Part shown: piece by piece, positions 32,728 through 44,110 of the stretch
How positions within the stretch are numbered: the first letter of the stretch is position 1
Layout of the letters: every line of letters begins with the position of its first letter
IMG/VR virus record: IMGVR_UViG_3300010885_025649
Coordinates: 148,498 to 212,497 of that record
Length of the DNA: 64,000 bases
Strand: one strand, 5' to 3'
Translations under genes and position numbers: made by a program
Notes under the pieces: generated by a model
Told to the model about the DNA's origin: nothing
The model's database searches: none
What the model saw: the letters and a program-made list of their open reading frames with translations, nothing else

Positions 32728-34017
32728 ATGGCAGACAAACTACCAGATTTGAAAATCCCAGTTGCCAGATTAGGTACATGGCACCACCCCCGTTATGGCA
32801 GAGTTTCCTTCCGCCAATCCGACTTCAATGACATGAAAAGGAACTTTACTAATAGTGAGGCGGGGTTTAAACCTTATTTAACTTATGGACATGTACAAGG
32901 TGCTCAGGAACATTTAGAGAAGTATCCACCTACAATAGATGGATCTATTTCTAGAGGCACTTTAAAAGAATTACTACAAGAAGGGGATGTATTATATGGA
33001 ATCTTTATTCCAACAAATCAAACAATTGTTGATCAGATTAAAGAGTCTGGATACAGACATGCTTCTGGGGAATTTACAAGAGGTGCTATGTCCAAGAACA
33101 GTGGTCAGAATATTGGTACATTATTAACAGCAGTCGCATTAACCAACGCACCATACTTACCAAACTTACCTTTAGCAACAACGCTAAGCATAAGCACAGA
33201 TTACCCCAAGGATTTTATGCTAAGTTCTTATACAGATGAAGAAGTTCTAACCTATGGAGCTTCTGTTTTAGAAGAACTGTCAATGTTATTAAGCAGTAGT
33301 CAAATAAACGAGGACAAAATGGATTTAAACGCAGTAAGAGTAGTCGAAGGCCACGAACAATTAGATGGAGTTATTAAGCCTCCAACACTAGACGGCCCTA
33401 ACGTTCCTAAATATCCACCAAACGCAGACATGGCCCCAGTAGATTATCCAATCCTTCCTACTCAAGTACAGCAAGAAAATGTTACTACTTTGAGTGCGAA
33501 TCCATTTGCTGCCAAGCCTGCTGATGAAAAAGCTAAGGATAAAGATATGGAAGACAAACTTGAGAAAATGTCTGCAGCAATCGCAACATTAAGTAGTACT
33601 GTAGCTACATTATCTCAAGCCAACGCTAATTTACAGACCCAGTTAAGTAATACTCAGCAAGAAGCCTCAAGATTCACTCAGTATGAAAGAGAAGCTAATA
33701 GAGCAGCAATCAAATCTCAATTGTTATCTGAAGGTATTCCTTTAGGAATGGTTGAACAAGTATTTAGACTTGCTACCAGTTCATCTTCAAATACTATTAA
33801 GTTATCTAATGGTGCCGACAGTGACTTATTTGCTTGGGGTGTTGACTTGTTAAGATCTATTCCTTCTACCATGAGAGTAAATCCTAGCCAAGTTGGTCAG
33901 CAATTAAGTAGTAATGCCGTAGCTCAAGGTCAAGAAAACATCTTCGCAAAAGTGGTTAGTCCTGAGCATGCTGAAGCATTACGTAAAGTAAAGATTAATT
34001 ATAACGGAGTATACTAA
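32728..34017 (+). CDS. capsid maturation protease/scaffold (Mu gpI-like)
   Basis: GTWHHPRYG..YRHASGEF..LTAVALTNAPYL; coiled-coil C-terminal half; precedes capsid gene. Confidence 0.8.
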   Translation: MADKLPDLKIPVARLGTWHHPRYGRVSFRQSDFNDMKRNFTNSEAGFKPYLTYGHVQGAQEHLEKYPPTIDGSISRGTLKELLQEGDVLYGIFIPTNQTIVDQIKESGYRHASGEFTRGAMSKNSGQNIGTLLTAVALTNAPYLPNLPLATTLSISTDYPKDFMLSSYTDEEVLTYGASVLEELSMLLSSSQINEDKMDLNAVRVVEGHEQLDGVIKPPTLDGPNVPKYPPNADMAPVDYPILPTQVQQENVTTLSANPFAAKPADEKAKDKDMEDKLEKMSAAIATLSSTVATLSQANANLQTQLSNTQQEASRFTQYEREANRAAIKSQLLSEGIPLGMVEQVFRLATSSSSNTIKLSNGADSDLFAWGVDLLRSIPSTMRVNPSQVGQQLSSNAVAQGQENIFAKVVSPEHAEALRKVKINYNGVY

Positions 34018-34019
34018 CA

Positions 34020-35177
34020 ATGGCTGAATTAGCAACAGGCTTATATACACCATTTACTAGTCAAGGTGACATTCTACAAACGGGTACTACACAACTAACT
34101 GAACTTGCCCGTTCTTACGAGCAGCTTGGTAGTAGTAGTGTTTTAGATATTTTCTTCCCTGTAAGAAATGTCCCAGAATATAGAGTTAATATTGAACGTA
34201 AGAAATTCGGTGTGGGACTTTCCCAATTAGTTGATCCAGTATCTCGTTCTAGTTTCTTGCCAAAAGCTAAGTTTGAAAGACTATCTGTAGAACCTTTAAC
34301 TATTAAAGAAGCAGGTACAATCTCTCAATACGATATCAACACTGCTCGTAGAGTTGGTACTTTGAATGAGACTGCTGGATTGCTAAACATTGTAGAATTA
34401 GTCCAAATGTTAGTTATGCGCAGAAACAACTTGTGGAACTTGTTAAAGTCTCAAGTATTACTTGGAACCATTAATTATAGTGATCCTTCAAGAGGTGTTA
34501 CTAAAGTCATTTCCTCAGGTATTCCTTCTGGTAACTTTAGAGATATTGTTACTAACTATGGAGCTTCTGGAGCATGGTCTCAATTAGATACTGCTAGAGT
34601 GATTAGTCAGTTGTTATTTGAATACACAAGATTGCTAGAATCTGGTAAGGCGCAACCTTCTCACATTATTATGCATCCTAGACTAGTAACTATTCTAACC
34701 ATGAACCAAGAGATTCGTGAGTTAGGTTCTAGAGAATATCACACTCAAATGGGATTAGTTTCCTATGAGAATGGTAGATTAGCTGGGTTGGCAGGTTTGC
34801 GTATTGTAGAACAGCAAGGTATTTATGAAGATCCTGCTGATAACACTGTAAAGAGTATTTGGCCTATTAACCAAGTAGTTATCATTTGTAAGACTTCTTT
34901 TGATAGTTCAGCAATTGCTCCCACTGTAGGTAGAATGCACTATACATTATCTGAAGCTCCTGATGGACTTCCTGGAATGTATATTAGAGTTAGTCCTCCT
35001 AACCAAATCCCTGAACCTCAAGGTATCTCTATTGAATTAGGTGATTCTGGATTGCCTTTCCTAGTGTATCCTGAATGGGTAGCTGTATTGACTGTTGATA
35101 CTGCTGCTGCGCTTAACGCCATTATTCCTAGTGCTGTTGCGAATAACGTTGCAGTTCTTGGTCCTAACAGTAAGTAA
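34020..35177 (+). CDS. major capsid protein
   Basis: 385 aa after the protease; LDIFFP, IIMHP..L pattern of gpE-like capsids. Confidence 0.75.
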   Translation: MAELATGLYTPFTSQGDILQTGTTQLTELARSYEQLGSSSVLDIFFPVRNVPEYRVNIERKKFGVGLSQLVDPVSRSSFLPKAKFERLSVEPLTIKEAGTISQYDINTARRVGTLNETAGLLNIVELVQMLVMRRNNLWNLLKSQVLLGTINYSDPSRGVTKVISSGIPSGNFRDIVTNYGASGAWSQLDTARVISQLLFEYTRLLESGKAQPSHIIMHPRLVTILTMNQEIRELGSREYHTQMGLVSYENGRLAGLAGLRIVEQQGIYEDPADNTVKSIWPINQVVIICKTSFDSSAIAPTVGRMHYTLSEAPDGLPGMYIRVSPPNQIPEPQGISIELGDSGLPFLVYPEWVAVLTVDTAAALNAIIPSAVANNVAVLGPNSK

Positions 35178-35197
35178 CAATAAGGTAGGTAAAACAA

Positions 35198-35833
35198 ATG
35201 CCAAATATCACATATCTGCAACAATTAGGTTCTGGCGATCAACAAAGAGTAAACTCCTTAGGTACTTCTTACGGTATGATCAGTGGTAACAGTGGGATTC
35301 TAATTGGTCCTGAATGCAGCATTACTTCTAATGCTTTAACTGTTCCCGATCTTCAAATCAAGTTTGAAGGACTTGTATATTTTATTACTGGTGCTAACTA
35401 CACAACTACATCTGTACTTAATGGTTATGCTTCTGCTCCTGATACCCACTCTGGCGGATACAACGTTTATATTCACCCTAAGTTGGCAGCAACTGGGTCT
35501 GAATTACTAGACGCCACCACTCCACTAGAAGTTAAGATTGCTAGCTTTGCGTTTGCAACATATCCTACAGGAACGTCAACCTATAACATAGCTAACGCCA
35601 CTGGCCCTGCTGGTGTACTAGCAACCCTTCCTGGAAGTTATCCTGCTATTCAATATGATTCATTTAACACAGCGAATCCTATTCCTGAAGCTAACGTGTT
35701 TACTTCTGATGCAGTCAATGGTACCCGTAGAATTAGATACTACTCTAGAGATATTCTATTGTGCAAAATCTATCTAAATGCTAGTGGACAAACTGTAGTA
35801 GTAGATAACAACGCAAGACAAGTCACAATCTAA
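35198..35833 (+). CDS. probable virion (head decoration) protein
   Basis: between capsid gene and terminator; position only. Confidence 0.5.
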   Translation: MPNITYLQQLGSGDQQRVNSLGTSYGMISGNSGILIGPECSITSNALTVPDLQIKFEGLVYFITGANYTTTSVLNGYASAPDTHSGGYNVYIHPKLAATGSELLDATTPLEVKIASFAFATYPTGTSTYNIANATGPAGVLATLPGSYPAIQYDSFNTANPIPEANVFTSDAVNGTRRIRYYSRDILLCKIYLNASGQTVVVDNNARQVTI

Positions 35834-35851
35834 GCTAAACAATGCTATAGT

Positions 35852-35890
35852 ATGGGTGGTAGGGGGAGACCTTATCACCCATTTTTATTT
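35852..35890 (+). terminator. intrinsic terminator after capsid operon
   Basis: ATGGGTGGTAGGGG-GAGA-CCTTATCACCCAT followed by T-tract. Confidence 0.75.
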
Positions 35891-35901
35891 AGGAGTATTC
35901 T

Positions 35902-36303
35902 ATGTATTATGTAAAAGTATTAGTACCAATTCCAGAACAACCCTCTTGGGCTGTAGGAAAGATTATGCAAGTATCTGCTAGAAGTTATAATGAAATATTA
36001 TCTGATCCTAAGCTAAGAGCTAAGTTTGAACCACAACCAGTTAAAATAGCTACACCTTCTTTAAGTACTAATACTTTAGATTACTTAATAGATACGTTAG
36101 CTCATACTGCAGAACAACAAGTCACACAAACAATAGAACAAGAACTATCTCAAGTAGTAGCTGATATTGCTCCTGCAGTTAAACCAGTAGAAGATGTCAT
36201 TGATATTGTTAATAATCCTGTAAACGCAGTGGTATCAGAACTATTCCATCTTATAGATCCTAAGATTAAATCTCCTATAGATGATTTGATTAATCCTAAA
36301 TAA
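35902..36303 (+). CDS. hypothetical protein
   Basis: 133 aa, AGGAG RBS. Confidence 0.65.
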   Translation: MYYVKVLVPIPEQPSWAVGKIMQVSARSYNEILSDPKLRAKFEPQPVKIATPSLSTNTLDYLIDTLAHTAEQQVTQTIEQELSQVVADIAPAVKPVEDVIDIVNNPVNAVVSELFHLIDPKIKSPIDDLINPK

Positions 36304-36320
36304 TAAGGATATAATATTAA

Positions 36321-38129
36321 ATGCAAGATATATCAAGGTTTAGACTTACAGTAAGTTTCCCAGATATAACATCTGGGTTAACTGTTACTGATATGCAATT
36401 AACTATTAATATGGTACGTAGTCTAAACGTAGTATTTAGTAGTACAGTTAGTCCTACAGATGCTGAGATACAGAATATTATAGTTAACTTTGGAGACCCT
36501 CAAGTAGCAATCTACTTACAAGCTTGTCAAGATGTAAATGGAAAGTATTTATTTGCAGATTACAATTCTTTATCCGGTGCTCTACAGAATAACCAGAGTT
36601 TAAGAGATGGTTTAAGAGCAGCGACTGCTCATTTCTCTGCAGCTTATTTAATCAATTCTAAAGTTGGTCAGATTGAACAGCAACAAAAGATTGCTAAGCA
36701 GCATGAAGATACAGCTATTAGAATACTAACCCTATTACTAAAACCACAAGTACTTACTACTATGAATACTTCTAGTAGTACTACAGGAACTGCTAGTGAT
36801 TATGTTAGTATGTATTTCTCCATGGCGCCTCAAGTAATCTTTAATAATAATATCCTAAATGATTTAGTTCCATATCCGTATATAACCTTAGTAAGAAATA
36901 AACAGAGAGCACAAGCAGTATTAAACTACGGTGGTAGAGTAAGTACTGTTGAGTTTGCTAATGGTGATAATAGTATTGATATTATTAGTAAGATCTCAGA
37001 TCAAATTAATAGTGAACCCAATCTAAACTTAATCACAGTACCGCATCAAGATAACGATACTCCTACTACTATAGTTAAGTTTGGTTATAGTTCTATTCAA
37101 GACTTTAGTGCAGATCAACAAAGTATACTATTAAGTGCACAGAATTATATGCCTGTTAGTATCGATGAATTAAGAATTCATGGTAGATTATTAGATGCGC
37201 TACAAGATACAGAAGCGGTTACAATATATCTACAAAGATTAACTAATGGCAAGGGGACAATAACCTTAGGCAGTAACACAAGTTTTGATAATATATATAC
37301 AGTTACAGGAACCAGCACTTTATTTACCCAAGAAGTTAGTTTAGGCGATTCCATTATAGTTAATGGCAATACATATCAAGTAGTTAATATAACCAGTGAT
37401 ACAGACTTAGAGATAAAGAGTTTATCAGGAACTCCTAGTTTTACCGCAGCCAGTTATACAATACAAGAACCCGGAATACCAGAAGTAGTTTATGGAACAC
37501 AACACGATTATAATACTTTAACTAAGACTGGACCTTATGGATTACTAATCAATATAACTAATTCTAATGGTACAGTAGTTACCACCAATACTAATGCTAA
37601 TAGTGTAATTAATACATTCTATTTCAGCGGCACTACCACAGCCACGCGTACTTTACAATATAGAATATCTACGACTCCTAGTGGGGCAATACCTCCTCAA
37701 GGAATCTATACAATAAATGTTACTACAGGCACTACTGCAGAGCAATTAGTATTATTATTACTTAATGATATTTACAGTAACAGAAACACTAATTTCCTTT
37801 TAGGAGCATTAACTAGTATCAGCACTGCTATACAAATGACAGGTTTCAGAAGAACAGATCCACAGTATCAATTAATCATAGATATATTAGTAGTACCTAC
37901 AGGAATAACATTTGCTAGAGGTACTACAAGTGTTGTTAGAGGTTCTTTTAGTACAAGTGCTAAGAGTTTAATACTAGATACCTCTTTAGCTGCGGGTAAT
38001 GTAAGTAATGATGTTAGTCCAAATACAGGAATTCCTGTAGGAACTTTAATATCTAAATATAAACCAAATAGTGATATGCAACGGGTATTAGATCGAATTA
38101 ATGATTCTTATGGATTACGAGGCTACTAA
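36321..38129 (+). CDS. virion structural protein (possible head-tail adaptor with appended beta domains)
   Basis: helical N-terminus, Thr-rich beta C-terminus; position. Confidence 0.5.
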   Translation: MQDISRFRLTVSFPDITSGLTVTDMQLTINMVRSLNVVFSSTVSPTDAEIQNIIVNFGDPQVAIYLQACQDVNGKYLFADYNSLSGALQNNQSLRDGLRAATAHFSAAYLINSKVGQIEQQQKIAKQHEDTAIRILTLLLKPQVLTTMNTSSSTTGTASDYVSMYFSMAPQVIFNNNILNDLVPYPYITLVRNKQRAQAVLNYGGRVSTVEFANGDNSIDIISKISDQINSEPNLNLITVPHQDNDTPTTIVKFGYSSIQDFSADQQSILLSAQNYMPVSIDELRIHGRLLDALQDTEAVTIYLQRLTNGKGTITLGSNTSFDNIYTVTGTSTLFTQEVSLGDSIIVNGNTYQVVNITSDTDLEIKSLSGTPSFTAASYTIQEPGIPEVVYGTQHDYNTLTKTGPYGLLINITNSNGTVVTTNTNANSVINTFYFSGTTTATRTLQYRISTTPSGAIPPQGIYTINVTTGTTAEQLVLLLLNDIYSNRNTNFLLGALTSISTAIQMTGFRRTDPQYQLIIDILVVPTGITFARGTTSVVRGSFSTSAKSLILDTSLAAGNVSNDVSPNTGIPVGTLISKYKPNSDMQRVLDRINDSYGLRGY

Positions 38130-39346
38130 TGAAACCTTTAATATTAGGCTTAACTAAAATCAACTTTACTACTAACACCTTTCCAATAGTACAGTTTTAT
38201 GGAATTAACTTTACTAATATACAAACTATACAAGTTTATAATCTTAGTGGAATTACTTTTAATATAATTAAAGAATCTTTACAAGATAACTTCTTTGAAG
38301 CAGTTGCAGTAGTAGCTTTACCTAATGGCTATACGCCTGTATATGCAACGGGATATGTAACTGTAGTAAATAACTTAGGAGAAGAAAGTAATACAGTTCC
38401 TATAAATATAACTAAGACTACAGATTTAATAACTACACAAGATTTAATCTATAATACTTTATTAGGATTAGCCAACAATCCTTTATTAACCAGTCCTCCA
38501 TTTAAAAATGCTGATGGTACCGATCAATATCCTGATCCAGCCACTGGAAAGAATTATGTATTGTCCACCATTAGAGATTACGCAGGATTTGCTCCTGATC
38601 CGGGATTAACCCTATCTGTATATCCTTATTCAACTAGAGAGAATAAACTCTTACCAGCTATTACAACAAACACTGGGACCTATTATAAAGACTACACATT
38701 AGCAGGAAATAAAACTCTTGGACAATGTAAAGAGATAACCATGTTAGTAATTGAATTAAGATTAACTGGGCCGGCATTAGATAATCAAACTACTATAACA
38801 ACAGCATCTGGAAAAGTAACACAGAAGTTAGACACATATGAAGGTGTAATAAGAGCTTACACAGAACTAATCAGAAGAATCTTACAGTATGATTTATTTG
38901 GGATTAACAACTTAGCCAAAGCTACCACATTAATTAAAGTAGATTATAAGAGTTCTAGCCCTTTTACTGACTCAGGTATTTATTTCCACTTAGTAGAAAT
39001 GTATTGGGAAGTAGAATTGTTCAAGACTAATTATTATGCATATACAGTTCCTGCTACTACAATTGATATTCAGTATAGTTTAGATGATATCTACCCGAGT
39101 ACTTTACCAGCTAACAGTATTATAACAATTACACAATTAGCAACTACCATACCATTACCAAGTCAGTGGTTACCAGGAAACACAACACAATACAACAGCA
39201 GCTTTACATTTATATATACAATAGGAGATCCTGGACTTGCAGGAGCTTTTACATCAGTTAATATAACTTGCCCAGATAATACAGGGTATTTATTATATTA
39301 TGACAACAGTGGTTTACTAATAAACAAGACTATTACAACAGGATAA
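38129..39346 (+). CDS. virion structural protein (possible neck/tail terminator)
   Basis: directly before sheath; position only. Confidence 0.5.
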   Translation: MKPLILGLTKINFTTNTFPIVQFYGINFTNIQTIQVYNLSGITFNIIKESLQDNFFEAVAVVALPNGYTPVYATGYVTVVNNLGEESNTVPINITKTTDLITTQDLIYNTLLGLANNPLLTSPPFKNADGTDQYPDPATGKNYVLSTIRDYAGFAPDPGLTLSVYPYSTRENKLLPAITTNTGTYYKDYTLAGNKTLGQCKEITMLVIELRLTGPALDNQTTITTASGKVTQKLDTYEGVIRAYTELIRRILQYDLFGINNLAKATTLIKVDYKSSSPFTDSGIYFHLVEMYWEVELFKTNYYAYTVPATTIDIQYSLDDIYPSTLPANSIITITQLATTIPLPSQWLPGNTTQYNSSFTFIYTIGDPGLAGAFTSVNITCPDNTGYLLYYDNSGLLINKTITTG

Positions 39347-39350
39347 TCAT

Positions 39351-42300
39351 ATGGCAACCGACCAAAGAACTCCACGGGTATTAATTTCAGAACCAACTAA
39401 TACAATAGTTGCTCCACGTACGGTAAATTTAAACCGCATTGGAGTTTATGGCAGGTTTAGAAGAGGCCCTGCAAATACCCACACAACATTATCATCTAGA
39501 GATACCTTTTCTCGTAGATACGGAATTGATACAAACCCAGGATCCCTATGTGTACAGACCGCATTTGATCAAGGTGCTGGTGACTTTGCTATTTATAGAA
39601 TTGTCCCAGGAGCTAGTGCAGCTACCGCCACTATTACCCTAACAGGAATTGTTGGTACTGCAGGAACTCAAGATGTTGCCTTATGGCATTATAAAAGTGG
39701 AGATACTAGTGGTACTGGTGTTGTAGTTGCTTATGCAGTAACCTCAATTGGGGAAACCGCTGCAACTATTATGAACAGATTAGTTAGTAATATTAACGCC
39801 AACCCTGTAACCGTTGGAAGATTAAACGCCGTGTATAATAGCACAGCTACTCCAAGTATTACTTTAACTACAACTACTATTGGTGCCGCTGCAAACACTG
39901 AGCAGTATTATATAGCAGTAGGAAGTAGTGGATTAAGTGGAGCGACACCAACATTTGCTAGTGGAGGCTATACCTTTAGTGGTGGAGCTAATGCCGCTAC
40001 TGCAGGATCTATTACTTTATATGATGCTACTGGCTTGTTACCTTTAGTAACTATCACAGATGTATCTGTAGGATACTCTAACTTAGTACTTACTGTTACC
40101 GCTGGTATTGGTAGTAGTAAATGGAACCTAACAGTACAAGATCAAAGTGCTAGTAATAACACAGTAAGTACTGTAGATGCTTTTGGTAACCCTATTGTTA
40201 GTAACGTTACTCAAAGTGGAAGACAAGAAGTATATACCGGATTAGATTTCCTTAACTTAGATATTCTAGGATTTATGCAGCAATTTGATAAGTCTGAATA
40301 TATCAAAGCACAATATGTTGGTAGAGGTGGACCTAATGCTGCTGGCCCTAATGGAATTAGTGATATTAACTTACGTCCTACAAGAGCAGGAAAGCAATAT
40401 GCAGTAAGTCTTACAAGAGGTTATAGACCTAATACTCAAGATGACACCGGGTATACCTTTGTTAAATCTTTAATAAGTGTAAGCCAAACAGTAAGAAATG
40501 CATTTAATCCTACTACCACAACTACTACAACTTTTACTCAAGGTATTGATTATAAGTTGACTGGTAATACCGTTGATTGGTTGTATGATTCACTAGATCT
40601 AGCACAACCAGGAACAGTTACAGTTACTTCTGCTAACTACTATCAAGTAATTGGTACTAATACAACCTTCTTAACTACGTTTAGTGTTGGTAACTTAATT
40701 AAATTTAATAGTGTCTCTTACACAATCGCTAGTATTACTAATGATTTATTATTAACTCTAACAACTCCTGCTGCCGCCACAAGTGGAGCTTCTTATGTTA
40801 GAGATGATAACAGCACAGTTAACGAACCTATTAACGCGACCTCTATGATTATGCCTGCAGTAGGCAGCACAGTAGCCGCAGCTAACTCAGGAGCAGGTAC
40901 TGGCTCTTTAACTAACGCCACTACTTATTACTACGTAGTATGTGCAGGAGATGCTGGTGGATATACTACTTTAGGAACTGTGGTTAACGTTGCTGCTACA
41001 AGTACAGGAACTATTAACTTAACCTGGACTGCAGTAAGTAATGCTACTAAATACAGAGTATTCAGAAAGACTACTACTATTTCTGCTGGTGATACTTCAG
41101 TAAGTTACTATGATATTCTTAGTGGAACTACACTTAACTACTTAGATACTAACGCTGCCCCTACAGGAACTGCTACTGTTCCTTCTTCTAACACAACTAC
41201 CGGAGTATTAGCAGCAGTTACAGGACTAAACGCAGCTACTACATACTTCTATACTGTTTGTGCTTCTCCTGATAACGTAAACTTCACTACTATTAGTGGT
41301 AACGTACCAAGTGCAGTTGTAAGTAGCACAGGAATTGTAAACGTGACTTGGCCTATTTCTGCTGGTGCTAACTACTACAGAGTATTCAGAAAGCCAACAA
41401 CTATTATTAGTGCAGGTGATACTACTATTGGTTATTACACAATTACTGGTGGAAACATTACTACACTAGCTGATACTTTAGGAAGTCTTAATGCTACTAC
41501 TGCCACAGTTCCTAGTACTAATGGTACCGGGTTAGCTACAGTACTTAGCACAACTCCTACTACTGTTACAGGAACTGGTACAGCCTTTATTAACCAGTTT
41601 GCAGTTGGGGATACAGTTACTATTCGTACTAGAGCTTATAGCGGGGCTGCAACGCCTTTAGTATTAACCGCTACTACAGATGGAACTACTACTACAGTAA
41701 CAGCACAACAACCTTATGCTTTTATTAATGCTAGTAACGTACCAGTAATTCAATTAGGTGATATTATCAGAATTGGTTCTGAGAATCGTAAGATTACAGC
41801 TATTACAAGTGCAACCGTAGTTGTAGTAGATTATGCATTCGCAGCTAACACTACCCAACCTTTATACATTGTACAAGATAGAGTGATTACTGCTATTGGA
41901 AGTAACACTTCCTTAACTGTAAGTTCTGCCTTTACTTACTTTGGAGCTAACTTAGCTTATGAAATCCTACGTAGAGAATTCTATACAGCTAACATTGTTT
42001 CTTGTAAAGACACAACAGTTGTAACAACTCCTTTATATGGTGGAAGTGATGGTCCTTTACCAAGTGCTCAAGATTATATCAATGCTATTAACACCAGTAA
42101 CACTTATAACTTGAACTATATTGTAGTTGGTGCTGAAGCAGGAATCGTAGATAACTTTAACGTACATGCTGCACAAATTACTGCTGTAGATAACTCTGTA
42201 GAACTAACCGGATTACGTATTGCAATCTTACAAGCTCCTAAATCTTGGACTACTACAGATACAATTGTAAGTAACTCCTTAACTTATGCACAACCAAGTG

Positions 42301-42923
42301 TATATAAAGGTGGAGCAGTAATGGTTTATAGTTGGCACACATATACAGCACAGACTTCTGTAGCTCCTCTTAGTGTTCCTGGTAATGGTTTCTATGTAGG
42401 GCACTTAGCAAGTACACCTTTCTATGTAAGTCCTGCTGCTCGTAGATCCAGTCCTACTATCAAGAATATTGTAGATACCACTCTAACAACCTCCCAAGAT
42501 TACTACAATGCTATTGCTGATGCAGGCTTCGAAGCCTTAATCTTAGACCCCGCTATTGGTCAATATCACTGTTTAACTGGGAAGACTACTTCTACTGATT
42601 CTAACTGGGTATATATCTCTGTAAGACGTGTATATAACGTATTACGTGAGAACATCTACTTTGCGTTAAGTTGGGTTAAATCTGAACCAGCAAGTACACA
42701 AAACAGCTACTACAATAGAATTAATGACTCTGTAGATAATATCTTACAAAATGCTAAGAATCAAGGGATTATTGAGGCATTTGTACCAACAACTTCTACT
42801 GCTAGTAGTTCTGACAGAGCGGCCGGGATTGTTAAAGTCTATACATCTATTACCCCTGTATATCCTGCAGACTTTATTAATCTTGAGATCAATCGTAGTA
42901 TCCCATTAGCAATCAATATTTAA
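39351..42923 (+). CDS. tail sheath protein with large inserted beta-rich domains
   Basis: TPRVLISE..GRFRRGP N-terminus; YISVRRV..WVKSEP..ITPVYPADFI C-terminus. Confidence 0.9.
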   Translation: MATDQRTPRVLISEPTNTIVAPRTVNLNRIGVYGRFRRGPANTHTTLSSRDTFSRRYGIDTNPGSLCVQTAFDQGAGDFAIYRIVPGASAATATITLTGIVGTAGTQDVALWHYKSGDTSGTGVVVAYAVTSIGETAATIMNRLVSNINANPVTVGRLNAVYNSTATPSITLTTTTIGAAANTEQYYIAVGSSGLSGATPTFASGGYTFSGGANAATAGSITLYDATGLLPLVTITDVSVGYSNLVLTVTAGIGSSKWNLTVQDQSASNNTVSTVDAFGNPIVSNVTQSGRQEVYTGLDFLNLDILGFMQQFDKSEYIKAQYVGRGGPNAAGPNGISDINLRPTRAGKQYAVSLTRGYRPNTQDDTGYTFVKSLISVSQTVRNAFNPTTTTTTTFTQGIDYKLTGNTVDWLYDSLDLAQPGTVTVTSANYYQVIGTNTTFLTTFSVGNLIKFNSVSYTIASITNDLLLTLTTPAAATSGASYVRDDNSTVNEPINATSMIMPAVGSTVAAANSGAGTGSLTNATTYYYVVCAGDAGGYTTLGTVVNVAATSTGTINLTWTAVSNATKYRVFRKTTTISAGDTSVSYYDILSGTTLNYLDTNAAPTGTATVPSSNTTTGVLAAVTGLNAATTYFYTVCASPDNVNFTTISGNVPSAVVSSTGIVNVTWPISAGANYYRVFRKPTTIISAGDTTIGYYTITGGNITTLADTLGSLNATTATVPSTNGTGLATVLSTTPTTVTGTGTAFINQFAVGDTVTIRTRAYSGAATPLVLTATTDGTTTTVTAQQPYAFINASNVPVIQLGDIIRIGSENRKITAITSATVVVVDYAFAANTTQPLYIVQDRVITAIGSNTSLTVSSAFTYFGANLAYEILRREFYTANIVSCKDTTVVTTPLYGGSDGPLPSAQDYINAINTSNTYNLNYIVVGAEAGIVDNFNVHAAQITAVDNSVELTGLRIAILQAPKSWTTTDTIVSNSLTYAQPSVYKGGAVMVYSWHTYTAQTSVAPLSVPGNGFYVGHLASTPFYVSPAARRSSPTIKNIVDTTLTTSQDYYNAIADAGFEALILDPAIGQYHCLTGKTTSTDSNWVYISVRRVYNVLRENIYFALSWVKSEPASTQNSYYNRINDSVDNILQNAKNQGIIEAFVPTTSTASSSDRAAGIVKVYTSITPVYPADFINLEINRSIPLAINI

Positions 42924-42933
42924 GGAGTTCATA

Positions 42934-43605
42934 ATGTCTATTTTAAGTAAAGCGCCAGGGAATGCTGAATTAGTCCCATTTTCTGGATATGATTGTCAAG
43001 TATGGCTAGCAAACCAAGCAGATGGTAAACCAGTATTAGTGGGTGAATATACCTCTGGTACATTTACCATCAGAGATGCTACTGAAGCATACTTAACATT
43101 CAACCAAAGAATCCCTATGTATCTAAACGGAGAGATTCAGATTGCATGGGTATTAGAAAGAGGACTATTAGATCTAGGAATGATTCAAGAGATCTTTGGG
43201 GAAACCCAAATGACAAGAGCAGATAGATTTAATAGAGGTCCCAGATTCTCTTTAACTTTTAATGTAAATGCAGATGACTTATCTTCTAGTGGTTTAGTAT
43301 CAGGTAGTCCCGAAGGCTCCGGTGCTCAATCTAACACCATTGATTTCTCTAAAGGGGGCTATGTTAATAATAACCCTAATGATTTAAGCTTCGCAGAAAG
43401 ATACCCAGGATCTCCTACTACGGGTGCATTAAGACCCAGATCTACATCTTCTAGACTTAAATTAGAGATGTGTAAATCAGATAGTTTTTCTATGGCAGCT
43501 ATGTCAGGCCGACCTGTAGTAGCTACTCAGATTCAAGGACTAGCTGAAGGTTGGAAAATATTAGAGGGTAATAAAGGTTATAGTCCTCTTGGCCCCTTGT
43601 TCTAA
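42934..43605 (+). CDS. tail tube protein
   Basis: follows sheath, followed by terminator; beta-rich. Confidence 0.7.
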   Translation: MSILSKAPGNAELVPFSGYDCQVWLANQADGKPVLVGEYTSGTFTIRDATEAYLTFNQRIPMYLNGEIQIAWVLERGLLDLGMIQEIFGETQMTRADRFNRGPRFSLTFNVNADDLSSSGLVSGSPEGSGAQSNTIDFSKGGYVNNNPNDLSFAERYPGSPTTGALRPRSTSSRLKLEMCKSDSFSMAAMSGRPVVATQIQGLAEGWKILEGNKGYSPLGPLF

Positions 43606-43628
43606 AGTTCGTAATCATAATCCTATAT

Positions 43629-43660
43629 TAGACACTGTAGCAATGCAGTGTCTATTTTTT
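43629..43660 (+). terminator. intrinsic terminator after tube gene
   Basis: TAGACACTG-TAGCAATG-CAGTGTCTA-TTTTTT. Confidence 0.8.
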
Positions 43661-43696
43661 ATGTTATACTTTTAAAGTAATATATAAACAACAACA

Positions 43697-44089
43697 ATGG
43701 AAGAATCTAAAGACTGGAAAGTTTGGGTAAGTAATACAGAAGGGACCACGTTAGTAGGAGAATATAAGACAGGAACTTTTACTATTTACTGTAGTGTAGA
43801 ACAAGAAATAATGACTATGGAAAGTAGAATACCTAAATATTTAGCCGGGGAAAAACAAATAAAATGGAAACTAGAAGACGGTAGTTTAGATCATGATTTA
43901 ATTACTAAGTTACGCCCCGAAAGAAAATATAGTTCAGGAATACGATTCTTTATTACAGGAAATACTATAAACGGGCCAGTAAAGTTATCATCATTAGCCT
44001 CAGATTACTTTAATATTTCTGGTGAAGAGAAGGTATTAGATAGCACAACCATTGTTGGCTATGCAGAAGAATATGATATAATACAATAG
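43697..44089 (+). CDS. tail tube paralogue
   Basis: VW...LVGEYKTGTFTI..RIPKYLAGEKQIKW.LE.G.LD matches 42934..43605. Confidence 0.7.
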   Translation: MEESKDWKVWVSNTEGTTLVGEYKTGTFTIYCSVEQEIMTMESRIPKYLAGEKQIKWKLEDGSLDHDLITKLRPERKYSSGIRFFITGNTINGPVKLSSLASDYFNISGEEKVLDSTTIVGYAEEYDIIQ

Positions 44090-44110
44090 TAAATTAAGGT
44101 AATAATAACA